From contig NIVC01002852.1 in NCBI GenBank assembly GCA_002269645.1, positions 1 to 64,000 of the forward strand: a stretch of DNA of 64,000 nt. The letters run 5' to 3'. Position numbers and translations under genes: made by a program. This DNA comes from Macrostomum lignano. Lineage: Eukaryota. The notes beneath the pieces were generated by a model. The model was not told the origin of the DNA. It did no database searches and saw nothing but the letters and a program-made list of their open reading frames with translations. Shown here piece after piece: positions 38,779 through 53,150 of the stretch; the first letter of the stretch is position 1, and every line of letters begins with the position of its first letter.

Positions 38779-39063
38779 TCACCACTCCTCAAAGGAGAAG
38801 TAACTGTCGACCGACGGGAGCGCTCCGCAGGCCGCCATCATCCGCAACCTAAACTGTTCTTCGAAGTTTCTCTGGACTTCAAATTGAAGCCGCAGAAACT
38901 CATCGAAAATGGCGTCCTCACGTTTCTCCTTCGGTGCTTCCTGCTCCTGCTTCTGCTCCTGCTTCTGCTCCTGCTTCTGCTTCTGCTCCTGATCCGAGCG
39001 GTAGCGTTTGGGCACGAAGCGCCTGCGGATGCGTTTCAAGACTCCTTCGTAGCAGCTGGGCAT
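38779..39063 (-). CDS. Hypothetical 94-aa intronless protein with EQKQ repeats
   Basis: caacATG start and a protein-like non-repeat C-terminus (DAIFDEFLRLQFEVQRNFEEQFRLRMM). No family recognised. Confidence 0.35.
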   Translation of the reverse strand: MPSCYEGVLKRIRRRFVPKRYRSDQEQKQKQEQKQEQKQEQEAPKEKREDAIFDEFLRLQFEVQRNFEEQFRLRMMAACGALPSVDSYFSFEEW

Positions 39064-39298
39064 GTTGCTGGTTGATTGCTGTTGTACTTTTAGAGTGCTG
39101 GGATTTCTCGAGTGCTGGGAGTTGAGTTCGCCGGACTGAGCACAGCGAGCCAGCGCTTCACTTCAGCTCGCATGACCAGGGCGAGCGGGTTGGGCCACAG
39201 ACAAATTTAGTGCGTTATTTTAATCTATCACGCCTGGGCAACTTGCTCGCACACGCGGCAAAAAAGTGGCAACTGGGAGTGCATGAGGCGACTGATTG

Positions 39299-39670
39299 TC
39301 TCACTCTCGAATATGTCACTCTCGAATATGTCACTCTCGAATATGTCACTCTCGAATATGTCACTCTCGAATATGTCACTTTCGAAAAAATCAACACTCT
39401 TGAAAATATCAACACTCTTGAAAATATCACTTTCGAATATGTCACTCTCGAATATGTCACTCTCGAATATGTCACTCTCGAATATGTCACTCTCGAATAT
39501 GTCCCTTTCGAATATGTCACTCTCGAATATGTCACTCTCGAATATGTCACTCTCGAATATGTCACTCTCGAATATGTCCCTCTCGAATATGTCACTCTCG
39601 AATATGTCACTCTCGAATATGTCACTCTCGAATATGTCACTCTCGAATATGTCACTCTCGAATTTGTCAC
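39299..39670. repeat. 15-bp tandem array, about 25 copies
   Basis: Unit gtcactctcgaatat, with a few variants (atcaacactcttgaaa). Confidence 0.95.
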
Positions 39671-40637
39671 ACTCAAAAATAGCTCTTGAATACCTCACTC
39701 TTGGACACGTGAAGAACGTCACAGTGAGCCTATTCTCTTGCCTCCTCTGCAACCTTCTCCGCCATGCACCCATCTGCATCTTTTCTTCCGCCTTCGTTAT
39801 CCTCTTCACCGCCTTCTCATTGCTGCTCTACTTCTTTTTTGAAAAAGCCTGTCACACCGGCAACAGACCCGCTCACCTGAGCAGTCACTATGACCTACCT
39901 ACCCGTGCAAACGTGATTGAAGGCCAATTGTTACATGCACCGAGGGAAGCCACGGATCGCTTGGGCAAAGTTAAGAACTAAAGAAAGAAGCGCTCCGCTC
40001 GTTCAAACAAACATTCTCTACCAATTATGTTAGCTTTCATGCACATACGCACTACTACAAGTAACACGGACAGAGTGCGTGCTGTTAAATAGACTTGAAA
40101 GTAGCCTTGCTGCGCCACTTCCTTCGCTTGCGCATCAACTTCACCGGCCAAACACGAGAGTGGCGGTCGACTGCGCAAAAAAGTCAAGCAAAGACGCAAC
40201 TCTTATCTCTCCTTGGCTGCTCTCACGGGCTGCCCTGTGGTTCCGAATCTGGCGCTACTCTCTGCCCCTGCGGTCCCCGCTTTGTTATTTAGAAGCCTTT
40301 ATAAATAGAAAAACCAAATGCATGGCAAGTCTTCTTTTAAAGCAGCTGAAGAGGTCTCTAAAAGAGCAGCTGGCTCAGCTCAGTCCAGACTCGCTTCTTC
40401 ATCTAAATGTAGAGTACGAGTATTCCCTGCCCGCCTCACCTGCTAGTATTCAGTACAGTTCGCTGCCATGTTTTCAGTCCGACTAACGTTACTTTTGCAT
40501 GTAGCTCGTAAAACAGCTGTGTCCTATGCCAAAACTATGCTACTAGCAGCAGCATCTTCTGCTTTGGGTCTTTGTTGTCTTTCAAAGTAGTTTTATCGTT
40601 TCGGTTTGAAGTTTTAAAAATAAATAAATATAACAAT

Positions 40638-41497
<860 letters not shown>

Positions 41498-43085
41498 CTG
41501 CATATTGATTGCAAATGATTTTGTTTGCCTGGTTGCTCTTTTTGTTTCGGACAATAGATTCTTACCACTCACAACACAATGGTAGGGTTTTGCCAGCTAA
41601 ATTTTTTGAACATGGAACTTCTAGCACCCAGCAATGCAGTGAGTATTCCTACACCAATTAATGTCATTGGAGCCATGGCAGTAATGGCAGCTGTCATCCG
41701 ATCTCCTGTCAGCTGCAGCTGAAAGTGCGGCAGCCCAGCTCTGAAGCGGATTTGTACTCGGGAAATTTTTCAGCAAGCCGAGCTCAGCCAGATCACCCGG
41801 GAGGAAACGGATGCCAGCTGAAGTTCAGTCACCAGCAAGAATTATCCGAGAGACCAGAATATGAGATTGGCTCAAGAGGCTTCTTAAAATGGCTTACAAG
41901 CTCAGAGCCAAATTAATGTTTTTTTCGTAATAGCTCAATCAAGTTTTTCTTTCTTTGTGACACAGTTTCTTTCTTTGGGGCCTAAAAGCAAACAAACATA
42001 AAGAAGAGCCGGGCCAGGCGAACGCAAGGACCGGTTCATCTAGGAGCAAGTTTTTTTGCGCGCCACCAGCAATCTCGCATTGATTCGGAGAAAATTTGCA
42101 TCTATCGGAAGCGGCACAGGTGACGGGCTGTTGAGGGCTTTGAGGGCGTTGAGGGCGTTTAGAGGGCAGCTAAGCAAGTAAAAAGGGATTAAGAAGGAAT
42201 CAGTTGGATGAAGGCAGCACGGATGGCCGGTGGCGGGGAGCCAGCATCTCAGCTTAATCCAAGCTTTGCTGTCAATTACCTGCAGGTGGGCGTCAATCAT
42301 CTGAGGGGGGTCGAGAGCTCAGATGCGATGCAAACTGATCACTGCCGACTCTCATTGGGAATTATCAGTCGTATCTTTTCATGCAAGCCATTGAAGCCGC
42401 TTGCATTCCTGCAACTCGATGTTGTGTGCATGTGATGAGGAAGTGAGGGCCGCTGCTCACCCAGCATGTGTGTCTGCGTACGTACCAGCATCGCGTGTTG
42501 CCTATTGCATTTTCGACACTTTCTGACCGGCACCTGTCATCCCGTTTTTCAGCAAGCATAATTCCTCTTGAGACCCTGAAACAGAATCTGCTCGATCGAA
42601 TTTCTCAATTTCCTGTTGTTGTCAATTCTTCATCTTTTATAATCCTGTGTTCCAGGCCGCACAGACCTTGGCAGCCCCTCGATGCTTGGTCCAGACTGAA
42701 TATCCGGAAGGAGTCTGCCTGGCAGTTCTGTAGAAGCCGTCCTAACGAAATCAATTCCAGTGGATGGCTCTAATTTGATTCTCGGTTTGCTAAGAACCAG
42801 GCAGACTTGCGTTAATTTCATCCTAATGCAGTTTCTGCTCAGCTGGCTTGTGGATCAGCCAGAAGAAGCGAGAACTGAGGCACCTTTGCCCTCGAGTCCG
42901 CTGCGGGCCTCTCTTGAGCACCCCACTCGCTCCTCTGTCACTGACTGTTTTCCCACAGAAGCAATAATCTGGATAATCCTACTCAACTTTCGAAGCTCAA
43001 TACCCTTTTTCTCAGTCAATGTGGAACTACATTATGGAATATGGAATATTTACACTTTGTTCAGATAAGCAGCATCATTGGTTAG

Positions 43086-43193
43086 TTGTGTCTATGGTTT
43101 TAGGCTTTGATAATGCTCAAAGTCACGAGTGGCGAAGCGGCGAAGCCACGAGTGTCATTTGAGCATTATCAAAGCCTAAAACCATAGACACAA
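43086..43193. other. Perfect 36-bp inverted repeat with a 36-nt loop (hairpin)
   Basis: ttgtgtctatggttttaggctttgataatgctcaaa (43086-43121) and tttgagcattatcaaagcctaaaaccatagacacaa (43158-43193); loop gtcacgagtggcgaagcggcgaagccacgagtgtca. Confidence 0.95.
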
Positions 43194-43794
43194 TATTATT
43201 GTCTCATGATTTCTACACAAAATAGGCGTTTAATAATCTTTCATTATCAAACGGTTGATAATGCATGACTAAATTTAGATACCGTCTATGGTAATTCGTC
43301 AGAAACTTTGGTCTTAAATGTTCTAAGTTACAGCGAAGACTTCTCAGTTTTTCATTTTAAGCCGTCTTCGCTTGCCTGCCTTAAACATGACCGCTACGCA
43401 TCTTATCAATTGGTCTCATCTGCCGGTTGATAGTCTCGATGGCGTTTCATCCAGCGAATACATCGTCAAGCACGATGGACGTGAGTAACCAGAACATTAC
43501 ACTTAGTAGGCAGAACGTCTCAACTATCTTCACGGATTGTCATTTCTCTGGCTGCACTTTCAACTTGAATGGTTAGAGACATCTGCGTCATTGAGAATTG
43601 CAACTATAAACAACTAAAAACTGTAAACTGTTCATTGCTTAACCATTGAAGCTGATTTCTCGTTGATATGAAAAATAAACTCGCAGTTCCACCATAGTCT
43701 ATGGTAGATGTTGAAAAGTTGGCGTTTGATAATCACAAAATTACACAACGAGAAATAATAAGAGAAAGAATGTGACAATTGCTACTATGGAAAA

Positions 43795-44315
43795 GGCAAT
43801 TACCAAGGACTACTCAAGTAATATATAGCTCATATATAGGACGCAACACTCGAAATCTATGGTAAATGTTTTGAAGGCAACTTTTCGCCGAAAAATACAC
43901 TACAGAGATGAGATTTTAATTTTTCAGCACAAAAATTGTTTTTGCTTTTGGTAGGAGGCAGATCCAGTGTTCATCTTTTGATATGTTGTGCCTTGCTTGT
44001 AGCTCTATCGATGTTCATAAAGCTTTTCGTTCGTTTTAAAGGCAGGTTTCACCTGAAAAATACACTACGGAGATAGGAAATTTCACGATTTTCAACACTA
44101 AAACAGTGATTGAGTCTCCTTACAATGTCAGAGAAAGTCCTAATCACACTATTTTGTGCCTCACATGCTGCTTTAACGACGCATTAATCGATTTTCATGT
44201 TAAATTTGCCTGTCACTTGAAAAAATGTTTTAAAAAATGACAGACCAATTTATAGGGCCACAACATAGATTTCGAGTGTTGCGTCCTTCGACTTAAGTTG
44301 TCCTTGGCAATTACC
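43795..44315. mobile_element. MITE-like element (~520 bp) with bipartite TIRs
   Basis: ggcaattaccaaggactactcaagt (43795) is inverted to acttaagttgtccttggcaattacc (ends 44315). A perfect 24-bp inner IR lies at 43838-43861 and 44264-44287. No clear TSD. Confidence 0.7.
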
Positions 44316-47300
44316 CGAAAATCGATGCTAACCGACCACTGCGACCTCCTTGCTTTCGCATTCCTGACTAATCCGTGCCAGCCCAACTGCAGTGCCCCTT
44401 AATCTGTAGTTGCGGTCTAATCCAGATAAACCGTGCATGCTACCAAAAAGCGCTGGCTCCGCCCACTCAGTTCGGATTCCAGCCGCCTCTGCACGCTCGC
44501 TCACTCACGGCTTTGCCAGCCCATATTTAGGAAGAGAAAAGTATTTGGGAATTGTACTGAAATCGGGCCGCACTCTGCCTGCATTGCCATTGCGGGATCC
44601 TAGCGGACCAAGAAGGCCCCTCTGCGTTCAGTCGCGCCTGACGGGGTAAAGGAAGAAAAATTTGTTTTTCCCCCAACCTGAAAAAATGCATGTAGAAAGT
44701 TCAAACCCACTGCGTGCCAGCCTGGATTTTCCATCGCCTTTGCAGCAGCTGCCTGTCTGACTGTCCGTCTGACTGCCCCAACTCCTGACAATGGCCGGCC
44801 AGTCGGGAGCAGTCAGTCAGCCGTTTCCCGTCGGCCCCCACCCGCTTGGGTCGTCAACACACAAAGAGTGAGGGAAGAAAGAAACCTCATTAATCTTATC
44901 TGCCTAATCCCAGCGGGGGAGGCAGGCACTCGGGGGCTAGGAAATCATACAGCACTGCATGCGCTTCTCTCTGACGAAGCCCCAAGGAAGCGAGGCGAGG
45001 AGAGAATCGAGAAAAGAAAAGACAGGCAAAGATTTAAGTTATCCAAGTTGCCTAAGGAGGAAGTGAGAAAGGCAACCGAGAAAATATTAGCTTTGAGGCA
45101 GCTGAGCAACTTCGTCCCCTGAGCAGCAGTGAGCAGCTCAGTTTGCCCCACCCTAGCATGGCACCGCCGCGTGGGCCAGCGATAATTAGAGTTCACTAGA
45201 AACTATTTTTTGCTAGCAAATTTCCTAGCCGTGCTTGAGCCAGCGGTTTGTTTCTCCTAAGAAAATGTACTTTTAGCGAAGAAAATTCCTGTTGTTTTCC
45301 ATTCCTAACCCGAGGCTGAGAACAATGCACTGAGGGCACTCACTGCTTTATCGATCCAATTTCTCTACTGCCGACATTTTGCATTGACTTCACTCGCGCA
45401 GTTGTACGAGTGCCGGCTCAAATTTAGCCCCAGGAAACCCACCCTGCAGGGTAAACTGCGCCCAAGTGGCCTCTCGTTTGCCACACCCACTGAATTGAGG
45501 CTCTCCCAGCCCGTTCCTTGACAAGCAGAGAGAAAGAGAGAAGGAACTGCATGGAGCAGTGCGAGTAGGGCGAGTGCGCACGCAGGTACTGCAGGGGCAG
45601 CTCAGTTGGACGCTCCATGCTAGCCCTCTCTCTCTATGCTGTAAACAAAGCGGAGTTGCCGAGAGCCGCCAGTGCAGCGTCAAATTCTGCCCTCAACTCC
45701 CAAAAATGGCCGCCTGTTTCTGTCAGCCTTTCCTGTCTCAGCCCGCCAATCCTCTGCACAATGGCCAGCCAGATCACTGCAAGGTTAGAGAGATGCTAGC
45801 CGCGCGGGCAGAATGGAATACCGTAACAACAAACCCTTGGGCTCGGCTTGCTGGGCTTGTCAGCCAGCCAGCTATCTTGCCCAGCTGGCCAGGCCCCTAT
45901 CTCTTTTCCTGAAGCCGCCACTTGAAAAGTGCACGCATCTGTGTTCGAGTGTCTGACCCTTCAATTCTCTCTCCGCGCGCGCAGGTCTCTCTGCTATGCT
46001 GACTGCCCTGGTTGCATTTTGTGTTAAGCAAGTGAAATACAACAAGTGAGCTCTGTGCGCACGTCACACAAGGCTCCGTTTCTCTTCAAGCTGGCCTTAG
46101 AAAGCAAAAAACTGCGCTGCAAGCCTTTCAGCCCTCGGTCGCGTGAAGACCACCCAGTGCCCTGCCACTCTCTCCCTCCCCACCCAGCTCCGAGGCCTGT
46201 CACGCAAGCCGACCATTCCATAGCGGGCCACCTCAGCCGTGCTGCTCCACTCAAGCTGCTGTCGGTGTTGGAAAAGTGCACGAACTGAGTGGACCGAGTG
46301 CAGAAGTGTTTAGAGGGGGAAAGCTGGGGAATAATGGAAAAAAGCTCTCCCACAGGCCCCTCCCTATAAGAGGAAGAGGCAGGCAGCTAGAAAGAATTCA
46401 GGCAGATTGGGAGCGAGGAAGCGGAAGGCTGCGGCAAGGCGGAGTGCGCGCTGCAGGCAGGGAAGGCCAAGTTCAAACCCGGGACGCGAGGACGCCAGTT
46501 CAGTTGTTCGCCCTGGCCAACCCGGGCAGAATCCCCGAAGAGCCGCCTCGCTCTCGCTGCCTTTCATTCATTCAGTACCCCAATTCTCTCTCCCCCATTA
46601 GTTCCGTCTCCCTAGCGGCAGCAGGGCGGGAGCAGCTTGGTGGCGGTGGGCACGGAGAGGCTGAGGATCACCCCATGTTGTGAACTTGGGTTTGCGCGAG
46701 GGGGAAGAGAGTCGGGCGGAACGGGGAAAGAGGGGCGAGGGGGGCGCACTTGATTTTCATGCAGGCTGCGTGAGGCAGGAGTGAAGCAGTGGGAGGAATC
46801 GCGAGGCCAGAATAGCGGGGTGAGAGACTTGCATTGCGCCTTGAATACTCTTCACTCTCTGCGACTTCCTTCGCTGAATTCTATTTCAAGGCCACCCTTA
46901 ACCAAGCAGTGACCGTGCGTACAGAAGTGCGTGTACGGCAATGCGCACTCAGCAACTGTGTACATTTGTTCAGCTTGCCAGTACAGTGCTGGCAAGGCCG
47001 GAGGGACAGAAAAGCAAGAAGGCTCAGGGTGAAATCTCTGCCCTGCAAGTACCCGTGCTAAAAGTTACTCGCTCAATGCCGTTGTCATGGCAACTATGGT
47101 CGGCAATCAGCTGTTCACCCAGTGAGAGCCCCGAATCAGCTGACTTGAGGCGGAGGGTGGCTGCGGCAGCGGCAGGGGGCGAAGGCCGCGGAGGGGTTGC
47201 TGCCGGGCCATTGGCCAGCGAGTTTGCCTTTAAAAGAGAAGCCCGCAGCCCCTGCAGGCGATTCTTCACTGCCAGGGAAGGGAGCGGGAACGCAGACGCC

Positions 47301-47651
47301 GAGCGATCTCACTTTGTCAAAGCTGCTTCTGCACCCTCCTCTCCTTGATTCAGCCTCTTCTTATTTTATTTTGTCATTAAGTCGTCAAGCTGGAGTCGAA
47401 CATGGCCAATTGAATACAGTGAAACACAGAGAGAGTGAGAGTGCGAGTGAGAGAGAGCGAGAACTGGCACCAGGAGATCACCGTCATCTTGCCCGCAAGT
47501 CGTTCATTTTGCCTGTCTGTGAGTCTGCATCCCCGGGGCATCTCCCGCACAGTCCGATCGCAGCTTCGCTCGCTCTCTCGCCCCAGTCTCTGGACTCCAT
47601 AGTTGATTTCCGCAAGGAAATTGTACAGAGTACTCGCGTCCAGTTGGTTAT

Positions 47652-49555
47652 ATGCCAGTCGCGACTGTAGAAATCAGCAGCCAGCAGTCTCAGGAGTCCC
47701 AGCAGCCGTTCGCCATGGTCCACAATGACAGACGCGTGCGCAGGAAGCGTTCGAAAAAGTCGGCAGCTCAGGGCGCCGCCGCCAACAGCTGGGCGGCCAA
47801 AAGCAGCAAGGAGGCGCGTCGAGGCGACGAGGCCTGTGTTAGCGGCGCCGCAGGGCGGGACTTCCGCGCCTCGGGCGGTGACGAACTCGAAAACAACAAC
47901 AATGTGGAGGAGAATGACAAGGGCAACAATAACAACAGTAGCAACAGCAGCAGCAATGGAGGAAGGAGCAACAGCTGCAGTTCTGATGGCGAAAGCGAAG
48001 TGTGCAGCGAAAAGGACCAGCCGCTGCAGCATGATGAGGTAATGAAGTTCATCTATTCGTTGCTTATATGAACGAGAACTCACTAATCTTCAGAGCGATT
48101 GCAATTCGTGGGCCACCCAACCGTCTTATTGCAGGGACTCGCTGAGCCTGTGAGCCTCACGGATGAGTCCATTGCTCGTCTCATTGAGCTGCTAGCCAGG
48201 GAGCCGGATTATCACCCCAAGACTGACTTCTTGTTCCGGATCAACTCGGTGAGTTGTTTGCCAGCAGAAAATTTTAATACAACTAGGATTAGGCAGCAAT
48301 GTAACGCAATAGCCTAACTACTAATCTCAGGCTTCCGAAGACAAGGTGGACGCCAGGCTTCGCGACGAGGCGATTTACAACCTGCGCTTCCTGCACAAGT
48401 TTTACAACCTGTCGCCTGAGTGCTTCGCCCACGCCGTGAACATTGCTGATCGCTTCGTAGTGAAGGTCAAGGTGAGTTAAGATGCTTTTTACATAATAAA
48501 AGCTACATTTGGTTCGTTGGGAAACCAACTGTAGGGAGGGCAGCGATCGAATCTATAGAATGACGCTCTAAAAATATTTTATTCCAGGTTAAGCCAAAGT
48601 ACATGGCCTGCTTGGCAACCGCTGCCTATCTGATAGCCGCCAAGATGATTGAGGACCAGAGCGTAAGCAAATATTGATTGATTTATGGCCCACTGGTTTG
48701 TCTCCCTGTCCAAGATCTTAGTCGAGCTGATCCATCATTAATCACTGGGAAAAATTTGGGAATCTACTAATTAGCGGCTCTAGTGAGTGAGTCAGTTAAG
48801 AAGGCGTTATCGAATCTGCTTCGGCGCATCAACAGAGCATCACATGAGACTCTTGAGTGCCAAAGGACTTGGGCAAAAAGATGTACATCGCCTCACTGCC
48901 ACGATATTCCGCCAACAGGATTGGCCGGTGCCAGAGAAGCTGGTTTGCATGGCCAGGTGCGGCGGCTCAGCCAACGACCTGGAGCGCATGGAGGTCATCA
49001 TCAGGAACAAGCTGCGCGACCAGCGCTGCTTGGAGGAGGCGGCCACTCCGCTTCACTTCCTGCTGGAGCTGCAGTCGCTTTTCCCCAGCGTCCAGGCCTT
49101 CCAGCGGGCCGTGGGCGAGCTGGAGACCAGCCTCTGCTCCGTGGCGGTCTACGAGCACCGACCGTGCGTGCTGGCGCTGGCCATCGCTCGGAAACACCTG
49201 CTGGCTGCCGCTGGGCCCGCGAACCGGAACGCTGTTGACGAGGTGCTGTCGCAGCTGTGCGATCTGTTTCAGGTGAGATCCAGTGCTGCAGTTCAGTGCA
49301 ACACTGAATATCTGTAAGCCAGCTTAAGCCTGAATTTAAGCCTATTAAACCAGAGTTTTTCACCCCCACACCCTTCAGTTGTCCTCAGACAGCCTGTCGG
49401 AAGTTGACGCAGCCATCAGTGGCATCGTGAGCCGCCTGCAGACGCGAACGCCGGCCCCACGCCTGCTTGTGTGGGCGGTCAGTCGCCGCACTCTGGTCAG
49501 CCTGATGCGGCCCTCCGCTCAGGCCTCGCTGTTGGACCCTATTCGAGAGGATTAA
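47652..49555 (+). CDS. CCNG: Cyclin G family protein
   Basis: Phase-0 exons 47652-48038, 48135-48248, 48331-48471, 48588-48662, 48919-49272, 49379-49555. Cyclin box RDEAIYNLRFLHKFYNLSPECFAHAVNIADRFVVKVK|VKPKYMACLA, then CGGSANDLERME..I..KL, and the cyclin-G C-terminal motif LLVWAVSRRT. The start may be a downstream in-frame ATG. Confidence 0.9.
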
Positions 49556-52500
49556 CCAATGGCGGATTAACAAAGCTGCTTGGGAGACTGGGCGACAGAA
49601 AAGTAAGCGATGAGACGCGAGGAAGCGAGGACGGATTGGAGTGCCCTCTGCTTGAAACTGGACTGCGCGTGCGTCCTCTCCGTGTTAATTTTTGCTTGCA
49701 GTTTGCCTGCGTCTGCCCTCTGAAGAGTGCGCGTGCCCTCTTCTTGTGTGCACTGGTTCGGCTTTGCCTCACCTGCTTGACTGGGTCGGGACGGACTCAG
49801 TGTCTTCTGTAAATTGATACTCGAGCCAGGGCGATGGAATACAGAGAAGGGTAGGAGGTCGGAGACGGAGACGCTACATGGAGCTTGCAGAAGAGGCAGA
49901 GCTCGATCCAGTGCAGTCTGTCTGTGTGTGAATATTAGCAGTACTGTTCAACTATTATATACTCCATACTTATTTATTCATTTATTCCTAATTATGTTTT
50001 AGTTATGAACCAGACACCCGCTGCAGCTCCCACGCTGCAAATCTGAATGCGTCGTTCATTCTCTTCTAGAGTGTGTTATTGAATATTTATGTATCTATCT
50101 GAAGTCGCCCGCTTAGACCCAGTCTGCACACTTAGTGATAATTATTTATTTGCACTGTAACCGAACTGTGTGAAAGCAATAGCGAGTTCTGCTTCATGAG
50201 GTCCATCGGAATTTTCACATTTTCCATCTGCTTTATATATTCCATCGGAGCCCCACGTCGATGAACCCCAAGTGAATTCAATACCTTCAGCGCCCCTCCC
50301 AGTAACTTTTATCCTATTTTGGAGTGCAGTAGTTGCGAGCGCATCACTTGGCTTTGTGAAGTGTTGATGTTTACACAGTTCGCATCTGCTCCATCGGTCG
50401 CTTCTCTGGCCACCTGATAGGCGCGAACACATTTAATTCTCATCCGTTACCATCGATTTGCAGCATTGAAGATACCAGTGCAATTTTTGTTTAGGTAATC
50501 GCGGATGCGCGCATATTTTTATACTTTGTCGGTATTTGCAGGCCTTTGTTTACCATTCTCACTCCTTTTTGCTGTCGATTGTTCTTTCAAGTTTTAAGCA
50601 TAAAAAGTCAGGTCAGCCATTGCTCTTTCCTTTGATTTGTCAGTGTTTTGTATTCGAATAACCGGAAGGTATTCGCGGCACTTTTGACCCTACTGTACGA
50701 GTCCTAGTTTTGGCCGGCCGGAGGAGCAGGAGTGACAGCTAAATCATTTTTGTATTATAGTTAAAAAACACCGCAACCTAATCACATTGGCAGCCAATAT
50801 TAATATGGAGAGATACAGTTTTAAGCACAACTATGCTCCTTAGCTATATAAATATTGTTAGTTTCAAACAATGTAGATTCTAAGTTGTTTTTATAGCCAT
50901 TTATTCACATGCTGTCCTTGTTGACTCACTTATCGTCCGTGTAAATAACTAATTGTAAAAAGCAAACAAAAATTGTAAATGTTGTGTACATAAAAACTCA
51001 GATTATGCTTCTATATTTTTGCTAGCGCTTGCCCGCGAAGTGAAACTGATTACAAATAAGTTACTGAAGGTTAAAAACTGTCAAAAAAGTTCCTAGAAGC
51101 TCGCGTGGCAAGCGCCGGCGGTTCCGCTTGATTTTGTACCTAACTGTGAAATCTCCCTGATGCTGCAGCAGCGTTCCCGATGAATTGCCATTGATTTTAC
51201 ACGCTAAGCTGTGCGTTGCGTCCCCCGCGCTGTCAGCCCCCCTTCCACCAAAATATGATAAGCTGCTGACTGCAGCAGGGTGCCGCAACCCGCATGCTCT
51301 GGGTCCATTCTGCCCGACACGTGGCGCTGCAAGTTCGAGAGCTTTGGCGCATTTTGTAATGTTAGCGATCTGACAGACAGCTGCAGAGCCCCCCGACAGA
51401 CCCATATCCCATCCACAGTCTTGCTGAGTATTAAATTTGTTGACGCTATTTTTCTACGGATTTTCATCAGTTTCTCATGAAAGCCTACCGCAAAAGTTTA
51501 TTGTTGTCCTTCCGTTTTCGCGCACGCCGCAAACGCAAAGCACTACTTTTCAACTTGGGTTCTAAATAAGGAAAATTGAAAAAAAGTCAAAATCAATAGA
51601 CAAAAGCACAAAAAGAAACTTTGCTTGTTAAATGTTGCTATATATATAGCCGTTTCCCGAATCCCACTTCTATTTGTAACACCAATTGTTATTCACAAAT
51701 TAAGTAATGAAAAATTCTGGTTATAAAATCAAAAATAAAAAAGTTTCATTTTAATATTCGTTTTATTGTGATATTCATAAATTATTACCGACAGGTTGGT
51801 CAACACAAGTCTGTCACAAATTTTCTTGTCATTCGAGTTATTCATTTTTCAAGACGTCAATCATGGGCAATCAGCAACTCCTTCATGAATCCAAGCAACC
51901 CAGTTATCAGTCAGTTAGAGATCATTTACAGAAATATATCACACCAAAAAGGTAGGCATGGGACAAATATGAGCTTCAAACCAATGGGAAATTTCCCGCA
52001 CAATCTTAGGCCGTGTAAGACCAGAGGGAAAATACTCTGCGAGTTTTCGCCATAAGAAAACAGAAAACTCGGTCAGGAGGCTCCGGGCGTGCCCTTCGCA
52101 TTGCTTCCCATTCTGTCTTCCCCAATCCAAATAAGGAAATGAGCAAACTATGTCCGCAGAGGGCACGAGGTGGGGAATTAGAAAAACAGCCCTAGCCCCG
52201 GCCCACAAAGCCAGCGCTTATCAGCCCCAAGGTTGGGCCGCGGAAAAGGTGTAGAAAATCTGGCGCGTGAGATTTCTGCCTACTGTCAGAAAAGTGCAGC
52301 TCAGCATGCGCTGCGGGCTTGTCAACAGCGGGTCCGCAATCAAATAATAGTGAACTCTGCACAGTGCGAGTGCGAGCGCAAGAGGGCACCTGAACTTCAG
52401 TGTGCAGCACTCGGCCCTACACAGCGAGTGCTCAGGCAGCCTGCCTGTTCTGCTTGTTAAATCCACAGGGTCTCGCCGTAACAAGGGCGGGGAGACCCTT

Positions 52501-52714
52501 TCCTGATACTGCGGATTGGCGGCTAATCACAAGGCAAAGCAGAGCCACAACGCAATCATAATCCGTTGCTAATCAGGCTTGCTAGATGGGGCAGGTGCGA
52601 CTTATTTGAGGAGGGTGAGAAATAAAAGCTGCGCTGGTTTTCAGGAGTCTTTGCTGCGAAATCCCCAGAGATCCTGCAGATCTGCACTTACCTACCTGCC
52701 TGCTTCCTTTATTT

Positions 52715-52752
52715 ATCTGTCTACCTATCTATCTATCTATCTATCTATCTAG

Positions 52753-52805
<53 letters not shown>

Positions 52806-52843
52806 GTCTATCTATCTATCTACCTATCTATCTATCTATCTAC

Positions 52844-52898
<55 letters not shown>

Positions 52899-52901
52899 GT
52901 G

Positions 52902-52964
<63 letters not shown>

Positions 52965-52965
52965 G

Positions 52966-53004
<39 letters not shown>

Positions 53005-53005
53005 G

Positions 53006-53067
<62 letters not shown>

Positions 53068-53072
53068 GATCG

Positions 53073-53128
<56 letters not shown>

Positions 53129-53150
53129 GTCTATCTATCTATCTATCTAC
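52715..53150. repeat. (ATCT)n microsatellite
   Basis: Directly visible. Confidence 0.99.

Noticed and set aside
41700-47600. Numerous 60-150-aa ORFs upstream of cyclin G
   Set aside because: Overlapping on both strands with no motifs; more consistent with GC-rich regulatory or UTR sequence.
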